Part shown: positions 20,591 to 31,948 of the stretch, in pieces
Numbering within the stretch: the first letter of the stretch is position 1
How the letters are laid out: the number at the start of each line of letters is the position of its first letter
Source of the DNA: Methanobacteriota archaeon
GTDB taxonomy: Archaea > Thermoplasmatota > Poseidoniia > Poseidoniales > Thalassarchaeaceae
Length of the DNA stretch: 64,000 bases
Direction: 5' to 3'
Assembly (NCBI GenBank): GCA_019654055.1
Contig: BPDA01000001.1
Span: forward strand, 17,938-81,937
Notes under the pieces: model-generated
Told to the model about the DNA's origin: nothing
Databases searched by the model: none
What the model saw: only the letters and a program-made list of their open reading frames with translations
Position numbers and translations under genes: made by a program

Positions 20591-21843
20591 ATGTCTGATG
20601 AGTTGGAGCAGCAGCAGCGCAGGCTCCGTCTGAAGAAGGCTCTCGAGGAGCTCACAGCCATGCGTGGCATGGGCACCGAGCTGGTCACAGTCATCGTGCC
20701 GCCTGACAAGATGATTCACGACGTCAGACAGCATCTCTCCCAGGAGGCGGGCCAAGCTGCCAACATCAAGTCGAAGTCGACAAGGAAGCACGTGGCGGAC
20801 GCCATAGAGTCGGCCATAGCCACCATCAACCGCTACAAGACCCCGGGAGAATCGGGAATCGCGATCTTCGTGGGCCACGTCATCGTAGGTAACAACAAGT
20901 CACGCCTGATATCCACGGTGGTCGACGACCCGCCCCAGCCGTTCCCATCGTTCCGCTACCGCTGCGATTCGCGGTTCGAGCTCAGCCAACTCGAGGAGAT
21001 GCTGATCGACAGGGCAGCCTACGGACTGTTCGTCATAGACCGCTTTCCCAGTCAGGGTTACGGGTTGGCAACCGGCAAGCGAATGCACTGTCAGGAGCAC
21101 ATTACCTCGCAAGTCCCATCCAAGCACGGCAGGGGGGGCCAGTCCGCGCAGCGCTTTGAGCGTCTGATAGAGGAGGCAGCTCACAACTTCTTCAAGAAGT
21201 CCGCCGAGCGGGCATGCTCCTACTGGCTGCCCCAGTTGGAGAACCTCGAGGGCATCATTGTCGGGGGACCGGGAGCCACCAAGGACTACGTCGTCAAGAA
21301 CGACTACTTTCACCACGAGATAAAGAAGTTGATTCGCGAACCCCACTTCGACGTCGGCTACTCAAATGAGAGCGGCCTGCGCGAGCTGTTGCAGCGAGCC
21401 GGCGGCCTGATGGACCAAATCGAGTTGGAGGCCGAGCGTAACCTAGTCGATCAGTTCCTGAGCGAGGTCATGCAGCCGCATCCGAAGGCGACTTACGGCG
21501 AGGCCATGATTAGGTCTGCACTGAATCAGGGCGCGGTGCACACTCTACTGTTATCCGAGGCCCTGCGCAAGCGCAGAGTAGGTTGGTCATGCAAGCCCTG
21601 CGGGCACGAGTGGGAGGCCACGCAGACAAGCCTCTCCGACATCCCGAACTGCCCGTCCTGCGATTCGGAGGACATCAGGGAGGACCCTGACAGGTCGATG
21701 GACCTGATGGACGAGTTGACCATGCTCGCAGGGGCCCCACCTCAGCCAAGGTCAGCCTGATTTCGATGGACACCGAGGAGGGAGCGACCTTGAACGACGG
21801 CTTCGGCGGCATCGCCGCACTGCTGAGGTACGCATGGAGCTGA
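20591..21843 (+). CDS. prf1: Archaeal peptide chain release factor aRF1; frameshift near 21735
   Basis: GTELVT, AANIKSK, YRCDSRF, GRGGQSAQRFERL, Zn ribbon, then DTEEGATLNDGFGGIAALLRY in the shifted frame. Confidence 0.95.
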
Positions 21844-21847
21844 TCCG

Positions 21848-23588
21848 ATGAGAATGCTGGCAGAGGCGGTTTACCCAGCGATGGGCCTGACTCTGTCCGG
21901 GATGGGGGTCACTGAGTCCGACTGCGCCGATTTGCTAGGGCCGGCTACCGTCGAGGAGCATGGCGACCTAGCACTGCCATGCCACAGCCTAGCAGCAGTT
22001 CTGCGACGCTCTCCCATGGATATTGCAGAGGAAGTGTCTTTGACGCTCGCACCGGCCCTTGCCGGTATCGCGAAGGTCTCAGCAGTAAGTGGGTTCGTTA
22101 ACCTGAGTGCCGAGCCGGAATGGCTCGCTGTCCGACTCTCCGAACTGCTCGCAGACGACCGCCTAGGCATAGCTGAGGAGGAAGCGCGGGTGGCGGCAGT
22201 CGACTACTCCGCGCCCAACGTGGCCAAGGAGATGCACGTGGGCCACCTCAGGTCAACGGTCATCGGTGACGCGATAGTCCGCATGTTAACTTACAAGGGG
22301 CACACTGTGTACAGGGAGAACCACGTTGGCGACTGGGGGACTCCGTTCGGGATGCTGATTGAGCACCTGCTGGACCTCGGCGAGGCCAACGCCGCCGAGG
22401 AGCTCAGCGTGGGCGACCTCGACGGCTTCTACAAGCAGGCCCGAGCCAAGTTCGAATCCGACGACGACTTCGTCGAGCGCTCGAGGAGGAGGGTGGTGCT
22501 GTTGCAGGGCGGTGACGAGGAGACTCTGAGGCTGTGGAGCGTCCTCGTCGAAGAGTCAATGCGCTACTTCAACGAGGTCTACCAGATGCTGGGGGTGCTG
22601 CTGACCAGAGACGACATCATGGGTGAGTCGAGCTATCACCACCTGCTTCCCGTTGTAGTGCAGAGGCTGGACGAGAGTGGCCTGCTGGAGGAGAGCGAGG
22701 GCGCACGTGTGGTGTACCCGGGTGGTTGGGTCAACCGGGAGGGCGAGCCCATGCCAGTAATCATCTCGAAGGCGGACGGTGGTTACAACTACGCCACCAC
22801 AGACCTCGCCTGCATAATCGACCGTGTCGAGAGACTCGGTTGCGACGACCTCCTCTACGTGGTAGGGACTCCTCAGTCCCAGCACTTCGACATGGTGTTC
22901 GAAGTGGCCCAGCAAGCTGGTTTCATGGGCGTTTCGCATAATGCCGTGCACGTCAAGTTCGGCTCGGTGCTGGATTCCGACGGCAAGATACTGAAGAGCC
23001 GCGAGGGCGAGGTAATCAAGTTGGTCGACCTCCTCAGGGAGTCGATTAACAGAGCCGAGCAGGCGGTCGCCGAGAGGAACCCGGAGCTGAAGGGTGCCCA
23101 GAGGCAGGAGGTGGCAAGAGCCATCGGGATCGGCGCTGTGAAGTACGCCGACCTGTCAACCGAGAGGACCAAGGACTACGTCTTCGATTGGGACAGGATG
23201 CTCTCGTTCGAGGGCAACACCTCGCCATACCTCCAGTACGCCCATGCTAGGATATGCAGTATCTTCCGGCGCTCTGGGGCCGAGCGCTCCTCGCTCAGGG
23301 TCGCCGACATCTCCCTCGACCGGTCCGAGGAGCAGTTGCTAGCCAGACGACTGGCCAACTTCGCAGCGGTCACAGACGACACGCTGGCCACTTACTCTCC
23401 GCATCGCCTGTGCACCTACCTGCACTCGGTCGCCTCGGCCTTCGCAACGTTCTACGAGTCCTGTCCGGTTCTTCCCTGCCGAGGACGAAGCGACGATGAC
23501 CAGCAGGCTGGCCCTGTGCGATTTGACAGCCAAGACAATCTCGACGGGACTAGGCCTGTTAGGCATTGACTCGCCCGAGCAAATGTAA
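21848..23588 (+). CDS. argS: Arginyl-tRNA synthetase; frameshift near 23475
   Basis: DYSAPNVAKEMHVGHLRST, NHVGDWGT, YATTDLA, GAVKYADLS, GNTSPYLQYAHAR; shifted frame ends LLGIDSPEQM*. Confidence 0.95.
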
Positions 23589-23612
23589 TGTGCAGTACCT
23601 CGTGGACCCACC

Positions 23613-24077
23613 ATGCCGGCCATTGGTGACACAGCCCCCGACTTCACTCTGACAGCCCATGACAAGTCCTCGGTCACTCTGAGTGAGATGAGGGGCGACA
23701 GGGTCGTACTCGCCTTTTTCCCCGCTGCTTTCACCGGAGTGTGCACCAACGAGATGTGCACCTTCTCGGATGGGATGACCGTCTTGGGGTCCGGTGGCGC
23801 GTCGGTGCTTGGAATCTCCGTGGACTCCCCTTTCTCTAACTCCGCGTTCGCCGAGGCGAACGACATCTCTTTCCCGCTGCTTTCTGATGTCCACAGGGAG
23901 GCTGTCAACGCCTACGACGTCGCCCTAGCGGACTTCGTCATCCCGGGGTACACGGTGGCTCAGCGCTCGGTCTTCGTGGTCGAGGCGGACGGCAGTATCG
24001 GGTACGTCTGGGTCGCGGAAAACCCCGGGCAGGAGCCAGACTACGAGGCAGTGATGGCTCACTGCGCCTCGCCGTAG
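23613..24077 (+). CDS. Peroxiredoxin (AhpE/BCP-like)
   Basis: APDFTL, FFPAAFTGVCTNEMC, GISVDS, FPLLSD. Confidence 0.92.
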   Translation: MPAIGDTAPDFTLTAHDKSSVTLSEMRGDRVVLAFFPAAFTGVCTNEMCTFSDGMTVLGSGGASVLGISVDSPFSNSAFAEANDISFPLLSDVHREAVNAYDVALADFVIPGYTVAQRSVFVVEADGSIGYVWVAENPGQEPDYEAVMAHCASP

Positions 24078-25717
24078 GCGAGGTACCTCGCTACCGAGCC
24101 GTAGATGATTCCGGATACCATGAGACTCTCCTCGTTGAAGCGGTCCATGGTGTCGAGGTAGGTGTGGTACTCGGTCGAGCCCGAGCCGTAGCATACTATG
24201 GCCCGTCCGTAGTCCTTGTCGACTCCTTCGTCCTCGTCTATTCCGTAGACGAACGGAGCGTGGTCCGAGTTGTACGGCATCTCGGTCGAAGCGAGCTTCC
24301 TGACGTCGATCGGGTACTTGTCTGCCAGCTCTGGGTAGGCCTGCGAGAACGCATCCACCACACCGGTGATGTGAGCGACATCAGCCTGGTTGTTGCCGAA
24401 CATGGTCAACCCGGAGTTCCGCTCCGCATCGACGTGGTTCATGTCGAGGTTGATGTAAAGCCTGAGATTCTCCTCCAGCATCGTCCTGTGCTTGTCCACC
24501 CACTCGGTCGAGCCCCACAGCCCCTCCTCCTCACCACCCCAGGTGCAGAAGTAGAGCGTCATCTCAGGAGTACCGAGCCTGAACTCCAGCAGTCCGAACT
24601 GCCTAGCAATCTCCTGTAGGGTGGCCACCCCCGAGGTGTCGTCGACGGCCCCCTGCCCGTTGTACACAGTATCGTGATGCGCGCCGAAGATCACCAGCGA
24701 CTCCGTCTTGCCCTCGATGATTCCGCAGGGCACTCGGATGGTGGCCGTTCCCGCGTTGTTCACATCGGTGATGAACTGCAACCGGGCATCGCCATTGATG
24801 ACCTCGTCGATGATGGTCTGACCAACGCTCCTCGAGACCATAATGAAGCCCAGGCCATCCGGAATCGGGTCTATCGAGGATATCCCGACCGACTTGAAGT
24901 AGGGCACGCAGTCGTCCGCCACCAGTTCGTCGCAGTTCTGCCTGTCATTGATCAGGATGAGTCCCTCCAAGTCGTTATCAGCCGCCCGCTCGAATAGGGC
25001 GGTGTTGCCCTCTGTCTCGGGCTTCAGCCAGACCAACCCCACTGCGTTCGACGCAGAGCCCCAATCGGCCGAGTCGTTACCGGTCCCGAGGTCGATTACC
25101 GGCATGTCATCGACGTAGCGAACGAAGGAGGAGCCGCTGTATCCCTGCAGGACGAAGTCCTCGCGATGGGAGAATTCGACTATCTCGCGGTTGACGTCCG
25201 CCGTCGTGCAAGGGGTGGGACCGCCGATTATGACGCCGATGTCACCCGGCGTGCACAGTGAGAGCTCGGGCTCGCTGCCTATGACGAACATCGGAACATC
25301 GAACTCCTCGAGGGTCGCCGGTATTCCCATCGACGAGAAGTTGAGCTTAATCGAATCGGCGGTGTTCTTCTCCTCTATGGTCCCCGAGAGCCTCCCCTCC
25401 CAATCCGGATGGCCCAAGTCGACCAGAGACTGCGCGTAGACTCTTGACTGCTCAGCGTCGAACTCGATGAGCTGGTAGTCGGGCTCACCTTGGATCCACT
25501 CGATAATCTCGTCACTGTATAGAATCGCGCCGCCCGAGCCGCCGACGAGTATCAGCGCGCTCACGACCAGCACGGGTATCGGAAGTTCACGAGCGCGCGC
25601 GATGCTATCAGCAAGCGTCTTTCGGGCCTTGGAAGCATTGCTTTCTGCCTCGATGACCTCTGCGTCCACGACCGGCTCCACAGAACCCTCGCCCCTTCGC
25701 CGGACTATTGAACCCAC
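24059..25717 (-). CDS. Membrane-anchored M28 family metallopeptidase with PA-like insert
   Basis: N-terminal TM; GAHHDT, GAVDDTSG, GGEEEGLWGS, INLDM, SDHAPF, YHTYLDT. Confidence 0.9.
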   Translation of the reverse strand: MGSIVRRRGEGSVEPVVDAEVIEAESNASKARKTLADSIARARELPIPVLVVSALILVGGSGGAILYSDEIIEWIQGEPDYQLIEFDAEQSRVYAQSLVDLGHPDWEGRLSGTIEEKNTADSIKLNFSSMGIPATLEEFDVPMFVIGSEPELSLCTPGDIGVIIGGPTPCTTADVNREIVEFSHREDFVLQGYSGSSFVRYVDDMPVIDLGTGNDSADWGSASNAVGLVWLKPETEGNTALFERAADNDLEGLILINDRQNCDELVADDCVPYFKSVGISSIDPIPDGLGFIMVSRSVGQTIIDEVINGDARLQFITDVNNAGTATIRVPCGIIEGKTESLVIFGAHHDTVYNGQGAVDDTSGVATLQEIARQFGLLEFRLGTPEMTLYFCTWGGEEEGLWGSTEWVDKHRTMLEENLRLYINLDMNHVDAERNSGLTMFGNNQADVAHITGVVDAFSQAYPELADKYPIDVRKLASTEMPYNSDHAPFVYGIDEDEGVDKDYGRAIVCYGSGSTEYHTYLDTMDRFNEESLMVSGIIYGSVARYLAYGEAQ

Positions 25718-25743
25718 GCCGGAGGGGAATCATTCTCAGCCGG

Positions 25744-26329
25744 TTAGTCGCGGCTGACCTCGTCCCCGGTCCAGCGCCTGCCCAGCGAGTGCTCGACCCC
25801 CATCTGGTCGAGAATCCGAGCAACCACGAAGTCCACTAGGTCCCCTATGCTCTCAGGCGAGTTGTAGAACCCAGGACTGGCAGGCAGTATCACTACCCCC
25901 CAGGCCGACATCCTAGCCATAGCTTCGAGATGAGGGGTCGAGACAGGAGCCTCCCTAGGGACTACAATGAGCTTGCGTCTCTCCTTCAACGCCACCTAGA
26001 GCGCTTCTGGTTGCTAGGTTGTCGGAAATCCCGGCCGCAATCTTACCGACGGTGGTCCCGCTGGCCGGGCATACGACGTAGGCGTCGAAGCGAGCGGAGC
26101 CCGAGGCGGAGCGAGCGGCGAGATTGTTGTTGTCCTCTAGCGTGACACCGTCCCGCTCGCCTATGTCATGTGGGGTGATGCCGCACTCGAGGTCGAGGTT
26201 GATTGCTCCGGCGCTGGTGATAATCAGGCTGACCTGCCACCCCGCGCCCAGCAGTTCGTCGACCAGACGCACGCCGTACTGCGCACCAGACGCGCCGGTG
26301 ATAGCCACCACGGCCTCGGGCATGGACAA
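25744..26329 (-). CDS. ubiX: Flavin prenyltransferase; frameshift near 25995
   Basis: [42 protein letters not shown]. Confidence 0.92.
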
Positions 26330-26363
26330 CGGTCATCGCCACTGTCCTTCAATGGTTGCTTAC

Positions 26364-27554
26364 CTACAGGCTCCGTCCTAGGGCCTCGGCGAGGTACCTG
26401 TACTCGTCCTGATGGTTGTACAGCTGCGCCGAGATGCGGATGTACCTGACACCGTGGTGGCGCCACGGCATTACAGGGACTTGGATGCCGTACTCGTCGA
26501 GCAGGAGATTATGGAACGGGTCGCCCTCTAGGCTCATCGGGCCGACTTCGCCCTCCGTCGTGATCTCGACGGAAGCCAGCGCCGATACCATGGAGTCGGG
26601 AAACGGTGGACTGGTTCCCAGTGCCTCGCACAGTATACCCCTGCCCTCTATGGCGAGGGCGTGGTTGCGTCGCATGATCTCGGGCCACCCTCCCTCGACT
26701 AGGTCACCGAGGTACTCGATTGCCTTCGGGATGCACATCCACGCGGAGGGATCCTGCGTCCCGGGCCATGCGAACTCGAACTCGAACTTCTCCTGCGCAT
26801 CGCCCTCGAACGATGCCCCATGACTGATGTTCAGAGGCCGGACGAGGTGCTTACGGTCCTCGCGGATGTGTAGGAACGCGGAACCCTTCGGGGAGCACAG
26901 CCACTTGTGACAGTTTCCTGTGCAGTAGGCCGGAGCCAGCTCTGACAGGTCCAGGGGGACGATTCCCGGGCCATGTGCGGCGTCCAGTAGCACGTCTACT
27001 CCCCTAGATTGCAGTTGCAAAGTCAGCTCCTCGAACGGCATCCTCATGCCCGTCGGACTGGTCACGGTGTCGATTAGGGCGAGCACGGTTCTGTCGGTCA
27101 CCGCGCCCATGATGATGTCAAGCACCTCCTGCGGACCCTCGACCCTGAAGGGGACCTCGACCACCACCGTCTTCGCCCCAGACCTCTCGGTGACGAAGTC
27201 GACGGCATTCCAGCAGGCCTGATAAGAGTGGTCGGGGACGATAATCTCGTCCCCGGGCTGCAGTCGCAGGCTCCTGAGCACGGTGTTAATCCCCTGAGTG
27301 GCGTTGCTGACGAAGACCATGCCATCGACGTCCGCGTTCACGAACTCCGACAGCGCCCGACGAGCATCGTCCCACAGGCCGATGTTTTCCCTCTCGAAGA
27401 AACGCACCGGGTCCTTCTCCATCAGGGCCCTAATCCTCCTCTGCTCGTCCATAATCGCGGCGGGAGTGGCTCCAAAGGAGCCATGGTTCAGGAAGACGGT
27501 GTTGGGGTCGAGCGTCCAGTGCTCGGCCAAGTCGCCCTTGCGCGGGCGATTCAT
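26364..27554 (-). CDS. Class V PLP enzyme (isopenicillin-N epimerase / Egt2-like C-S lyase family)
   Basis: FLNHGSFGATP, NATQGIN, DAAHGPG, GNCHKWLCSPKG, GTQDPS, RISAQLYN. Confidence 0.85.
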   Translation of the reverse strand: MNRPRKGDLAEHWTLDPNTVFLNHGSFGATPAAIMDEQRRIRALMEKDPVRFFERENIGLWDDARRALSEFVNADVDGMVFVSNATQGINTVLRSLRLQPGDEIIVPDHSYQACWNAVDFVTERSGAKTVVVEVPFRVEGPQEVLDIIMGAVTDRTVLALIDTVTSPTGMRMPFEELTLQLQSRGVDVLLDAAHGPGIVPLDLSELAPAYCTGNCHKWLCSPKGSAFLHIREDRKHLVRPLNISHGASFEGDAQEKFEFEFAWPGTQDPSAWMCIPKAIEYLGDLVEGGWPEIMRRNHALAIEGRGILCEALGTSPPFPDSMVSALASVEITTEGEVGPMSLEGDPFHNLLLDEYGIQVPVMPWRHHGVRYIRISAQLYNHQDEYRYLAEALGRSL

Positions 27555-28225
27555 GCGGGCATCTCCGGACCCCACTCTACTGGCTGAGACGGTGAGCGCC
27601 CCAGGCTCGCCTCGCAGTTCTCGAGCAGCGCCCGTTCGACTCGAGAGATGTCGATTGGGTTTCCAGCAGGGTCCCTATCGTAACCCAGTTGAGCGAGGCT
27701 GGAGTGCACTCCAGCGTTCATGCCGCATCCTTCTAGGTCCTCGACGCGTGTCCCGGGGGTGCGGATGTTGATTGACATGCCATGGCGACTAACCCAGTGG
27801 AGGAAGGAAAGCCCAATCGAGCAGACCTTGTGGCCATCCACCCAGGCCCCTTGCATGGATGGATCCTTGTAGGCTGGCACACCGCAATCCGCGAGTGCGA
27901 CTATCGCCCAGTCCTCGAGCCTGCCGATTATTGCCCTGATGCTCTGCTCCCCGACTCCCCACTTGACGATGGGGTACGCTACCAACTGCCCGGGCCCGTG
28001 CCAGGTAATTCCCCCTCCTCTGTCGGTAGGCGAGGTGGGGTATCCTTGCACCTCCACGCCGTCTCTAACTGCCTTCGGTCCCACGGTCACGACCTCTGGG
28101 TGCTCCACGAGGATGAGGGTATCTGGAACCTCGTCATTGATTCTCTGCTGCTGCATCTCTTTCATCGCCTCGGCCATGATGTGATGCTCGACTACTCCGG
28201 CTCTAAGGACTCTCAACTCGCTCAT
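27551..28225 (-). CDS. lipB: Octanoyltransferase
   Basis: LVEHPEVVTVG, DRGGGITWHGPGQLVAYPI, KVCSIG, SRHGMSIN. Confidence 0.9.
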   Translation of the reverse strand: MSELRVLRAGVVEHHIMAEAMKEMQQQRINDEVPDTLILVEHPEVVTVGPKAVRDGVEVQGYPTSPTDRGGGITWHGPGQLVAYPIVKWGVGEQSIRAIIGRLEDWAIVALADCGVPAYKDPSMQGAWVDGHKVCSIGLSFLHWVSRHGMSINIRTPGTRVEDLEGCGMNAGVHSSLAQLGYDRDPAGNPIDISRVERALLENCEASLGRSPSQPVEWGPEMPA

Positions 28226-28233
28226 GCTATCCC

Positions 28234-29670
28234 TCAGCCGATGTGTATCGCGTGACCCAGCGTCTTCAGTACGCTCTCGTGGAAGGCCTCTGACATGGTC
28301 GGATGGGCGTGGACCGTCCCGGCCACGTCCTCGAGCAGTGCACCCATCTCCAGTGCGAGGACGAACTCTGCGTGCATCTCAGCCACATGGGTCCCGACCG
28401 CCTGCACCCCGAGGATGACATGGTCGGACTCCCTTGCAGTCACTCGGACGAAGCCACCAGTCTTCTCCGCCTCGATGCTCAGGGCCCTACCACTCGCGGC
28501 AAACGGGAACTTACCCACGATTATCTGCTCACCGCGTTCCTCGGCCTCGTGCGGAGTCAGGCCGACGGAGATTATCTCGGGCTCGGTGAACACGATGGCA
28601 GGGATGGCGACCTTGTCGAACTCTCGCTCGTGTCCGGCGATGATCTCCGCGACCATTTCTCCCTCAGCGCTTGCCTTGTGGGCGAGCATCGGCTCGCCAG
28701 CCACGTCACCGATGGCATAGACCCCAGGGACAGAGGTGCGACACCTCCTATCGATTCTGATGAAGCGCCCGGCCGCATCCATGCGGACCCCGGTGTTCTC
28801 CAGACCCCAGCCCTTGGTGTTGGGCTTGCGGCCGACGGTCACGAGGACCTTGTCGACCTTGATGGAATGCTCTTCGCCGGCCTTCTCGAAAGTGAGCTCC
28901 ACCTTCCTCGCAGCCCCCTTGCCCTTGATTTCGGTGCCTCGAGCTAGGGCGTTGGTGTGCACGGCAACTCCATGCTTCTTGAGCCAGATTTCCAGCGGCC
29001 TGCGTAGCTCGGCGTCCATTATCGCTAGGATGCTGTCGAGTCCCTCGACGACCGTGACCTCGGTGCCCAGCTTGGCCAGTGCGCACCCGAGCTCCAGGCC
29101 GATGTATCCACCGCCGACTATGGCAGCGCTCTTTGGGAGTCTTTCGAGGTCGAGCGCGCCTGTGGACGAGAGTATGAACTCCTCGTCACAGGGCATGAAG
29201 GGCAGGTCGATGTGGCTGGAACCGGTTGCGATGATTACGTTCTCAGCTTCAATCCCGACTGTCCCGTCAGCTGTCTCTACGGTGCACCTCTTGGCCCCCT
29301 CGAAGGTAGCCCAGCCCTTGACCAACTCCGCACCTGCGCCCTTAAGCAGCGCCTCCACGCCCTTGTTCAGACGCTCGACTATCGAGTCCTTCCATGACAC
29401 CATAGCGGCCATGTCCACTCCCGGTTCGCCGTCAACGGAGATTCCCATGTGACCTCCCTCGGAGGCATGCTGCCGCAGATGCTCGAAGCGCTCTGCAGCG
29501 TGGATAATCGCCTTACTCGGTATGCAACCTCGGATTAAGCAGGTGCCGCCGGCCTTGTCGGCTTCGACTATAATCGTCCTCAGGCCCAGTTGCGCAGCCC
29601 TGATTGCGGCGACATAGCCCCCGGGTCCTGCCCCGACGACCAGTACGTCGCATCTGCGTGTCTCGCCCAT
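28234..29670 (-). CDS. lpdA: Dihydrolipoamide dehydrogenase (E3)
   Basis: GAGPGGYVAAIRAAQLG, GGTCLIRGCIPSK, GGGYIGLE, HAHPTMSE. Confidence 0.95.
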   Translation of the reverse strand: MGETRRCDVLVVGAGPGGYVAAIRAAQLGLRTIIVEADKAGGTCLIRGCIPSKAIIHAAERFEHLRQHASEGGHMGISVDGEPGVDMAAMVSWKDSIVERLNKGVEALLKGAGAELVKGWATFEGAKRCTVETADGTVGIEAENVIIATGSSHIDLPFMPCDEEFILSSTGALDLERLPKSAAIVGGGYIGLELGCALAKLGTEVTVVEGLDSILAIMDAELRRPLEIWLKKHGVAVHTNALARGTEIKGKGAARKVELTFEKAGEEHSIKVDKVLVTVGRKPNTKGWGLENTGVRMDAAGRFIRIDRRCRTSVPGVYAIGDVAGEPMLAHKASAEGEMVAEIIAGHEREFDKVAIPAIVFTEPEIISVGLTPHEAEERGEQIIVGKFPFAASGRALSIEAEKTGGFVRVTARESDHVILGVQAVGTHVAEMHAEFVLALEMGALLEDVAGTVHAHPTMSEAFHESVLKTLGHAIHIG

Positions 29671-29678
29671 TGTCCACC

Positions 29679-30935
29679 TCACATGAAGATGAGCGCAGGG
29701 TGCTCGAGCATCCTCCTCAGGTGCTGCACGAGGGCTGCGCCATCGGCCCCGTCCACGACCCGATGGTCGAACGAGCTGGATAGGTTCATGATTCTGCGAA
29801 CCACAATCTGCCCGTCCCTGACGACGGGCATATCACGGGCCTTGTGAACGCCGAGTATGGCTACCTCGGGGTGATTGATGATAGGGGTGGCTCCAAGCCC
29901 GCCGTCCCGGCCCAGACTAGTAATGGTGAACGTGGACCCTGTCAGGTCTTCTAGGCTGGCGGTGCCATCGCGCGCGGCGCTGGCTACCCGCTGCATCTCC
30001 GCCGCGGCCTGCCAGGCGTCCATCGCCTCGACGTGCTTGACCACAGGTACATACAGGCCCCTGTCGGTTTGAGTGGCTATGCCGATGTGAACGGCGCCGT
30101 GGCGAGCGACGACACCCCCTTGGTCGTCGTAGTTGGCGTTGCACTCGGGGTGCTCGGGCATTATCCTCGATAGTGCCAGCATGATGAACGGGAGGTAGGT
30201 CAGCTTGGGCTGGCTCTCGTCACGGGAGGCGTTGAGTACCTGCCTGAGCGCCTCGAGCTCGGTGACGTCGACCTCCTCGAAGTACGAGAAGTGCGGTATC
30301 GTGCTCTTGCTGATGGTCATCTGTTCGGCGATCTTCCGGCGCAGGCCGACCACCTTGACCTCGGTCACGTCAGTGCGCTTGGTCGAGTATGACGATGGGG
30401 CTGCACCGGTCACCGCACCATCGGCGGCAATGTAGGCATCGAGGTCCGCGTGGCGGACCCTCCCTGCGGGACCCGAGCCCCTGACTTGAGACAGGTCGAC
30501 GCCCGCCTCCCTCGCTCGGCGCCTGATGGCCGGACTCGCGAGAACCTTGCTGGATGCCGCTGCGAGAGCGGGAGCCGGCTTTGCAGCAGCAGGAGCCGGA
30601 GTCGGATCGGCTGCCGGTTCCGGAGCAGGAGGAGGCGTGGGAGGAGACGCTGCTTCTGGCTCTGCCTCGGGTTTACTGGCCGGAGCCGCGTCAGCATCGG
30701 AGTCGAACTCGACCAGAGTCGAACCGACGGCCACCATGTCGCCCACATCGCCGCTAAGGGAGGTCACGACGCCAGTGACCGGAGAGGGTATGGTGACGGT
30801 TGCCTTGTCGGTCATTACATCCACGATAGGATCATCCTCGGTGACCGTGTCACCCGCGGCGACGTGCCACTGCACGACCTCGCCTTCGACGACGCCCTCC
30901 CCTATGTCGGGCAGCTTGAATACCTGCTTGCCCAT
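29679..30935 (-). CDS. Dihydrolipoamide acyltransferase (E2)
   Basis: Lipoyl domain VMTDKA, Pro/Ala linker, ASPAIRRRA E3-binding domain, FDHRVVDG. Confidence 0.95.
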   Translation of the reverse strand: MGKQVFKLPDIGEGVVEGEVVQWHVAAGDTVTEDDPIVDVMTDKATVTIPSPVTGVVTSLSGDVGDMVAVGSTLVEFDSDADAAPASKPEAEPEAASPPTPPPAPEPAADPTPAPAAAKPAPALAAASSKVLASPAIRRRAREAGVDLSQVRGSGPAGRVRHADLDAYIAADGAVTGAAPSSYSTKRTDVTEVKVVGLRRKIAEQMTISKSTIPHFSYFEEVDVTELEALRQVLNASRDESQPKLTYLPFIMLALSRIMPEHPECNANYDDQGGVVARHGAVHIGIATQTDRGLYVPVVKHVEAMDAWQAAAEMQRVASAARDGTASLEDLTGSTFTITSLGRDGGLGATPIINHPEVAILGVHKARDMPVVRDGQIVVRRIMNLSSSFDHRVVDGADGAALVQHLRRMLEHPALIFM

Positions 30936-30937
30936 GC

Positions 30938-31947
30938 TCAGTCCTCCTGCGTCCCGCGTATCGCCGCGGCTATGCGAGCGGGTCCCGGCATGTAATCCCA
31001 TTCAGTGGTGTGGGGGAACGGGGTGTCCCACCCGGTGACCCTCCGTATGGGGTCTCGAGGTGGTAGAAGCAACGCTCCTGCACCGATGCCGCCATTTCCG
31101 CACCGAACCCGCTGGTCTTAGGCGCCTCATGAACAATTACACATCTCCCGGTTTTCTCTATGGAGGCGACCACGGAATCTCGGTCCCATGGGACGAGGCT
31201 CTGCAGGTCGATGAGGTCACATGATACCCCACTGTCGCGGATTGCCTGCTCGCAGACGTGGACCATCGCCCCCCATGCTATCACGGTGCACTCGTCACCC
31301 TCCATCGCCAGACGTGCCTCTCCGAGGGGCACCGTGTAGTGCGACTCGGGCACCTCTGCCTCCGGGTGTCCGTCCCATGTCGGCACGTTGTGCGGGTCGC
31401 CGTAGAACGGCCCCCTGTAGCATCTCTTCGGCTCAAAGAAGATGACCGGGTCATTGCTCTCCACGGCGCTGATGAGGAGCCCCTTGGCGTTGTAAGGGGT
31501 CGAGCAGTAGACCACCTTCAGTCCGGGGGTGTGCGTGAACTGCGACTCGGGGGACTGCGAGTGGTGGTGGCCTCCCCTGATCCCACCTCCAGCCGGGGTC
31601 CGAACAGTCACGGGCGACCAGAACTCCCCTCCCGAGCGGTGCCTAATCTTGGCCAGCTCGTTGACAATCTGGTCGTATGCCGGGAAGATGTAGTCAGCGA
31701 ACTGAATCTCGACCACGGGTCTTAGCCCGTTGATGCCCATACCGAATGCGGTGGCCAGGATTCCTCCCTCGGAGAGGGGCGTGTCAAAGACGCGATGGGA
31801 GCCGTGCTTGGCCTGCAGGCCGTCGGTGGTCCTGAAGACCCCGCCGAAGTAGCCGACGTCCTGGCCGAAGACGATGACGTCGTCGTCTCCATCTAGGACT
31901 ATGTCGAGGGCGCTATTGAGCGACTGAATCATGTTCATGTTCGGCAT
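30938..31947 (-). CDS. bkdA2: Branched-chain 2-oxoacid dehydrogenase E1 beta; frameshift near the 3' end
   Basis: FGQDVGYFGGVFR, DTPLSE, EIQFADYIFPAYDQ, HSQSPE, FFEPKR. Confidence 0.9.
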
Positions 31948-31948
31948 G

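Noticed and set aside
21040-21062. Odd FPSQG segment in aRF1
   Set aside because: Probably compensating indels in a normally conserved stretch.
30580-30700. Low-complexity GC repeats
   Set aside because: Ordinary Pro/Ala linker of E2.
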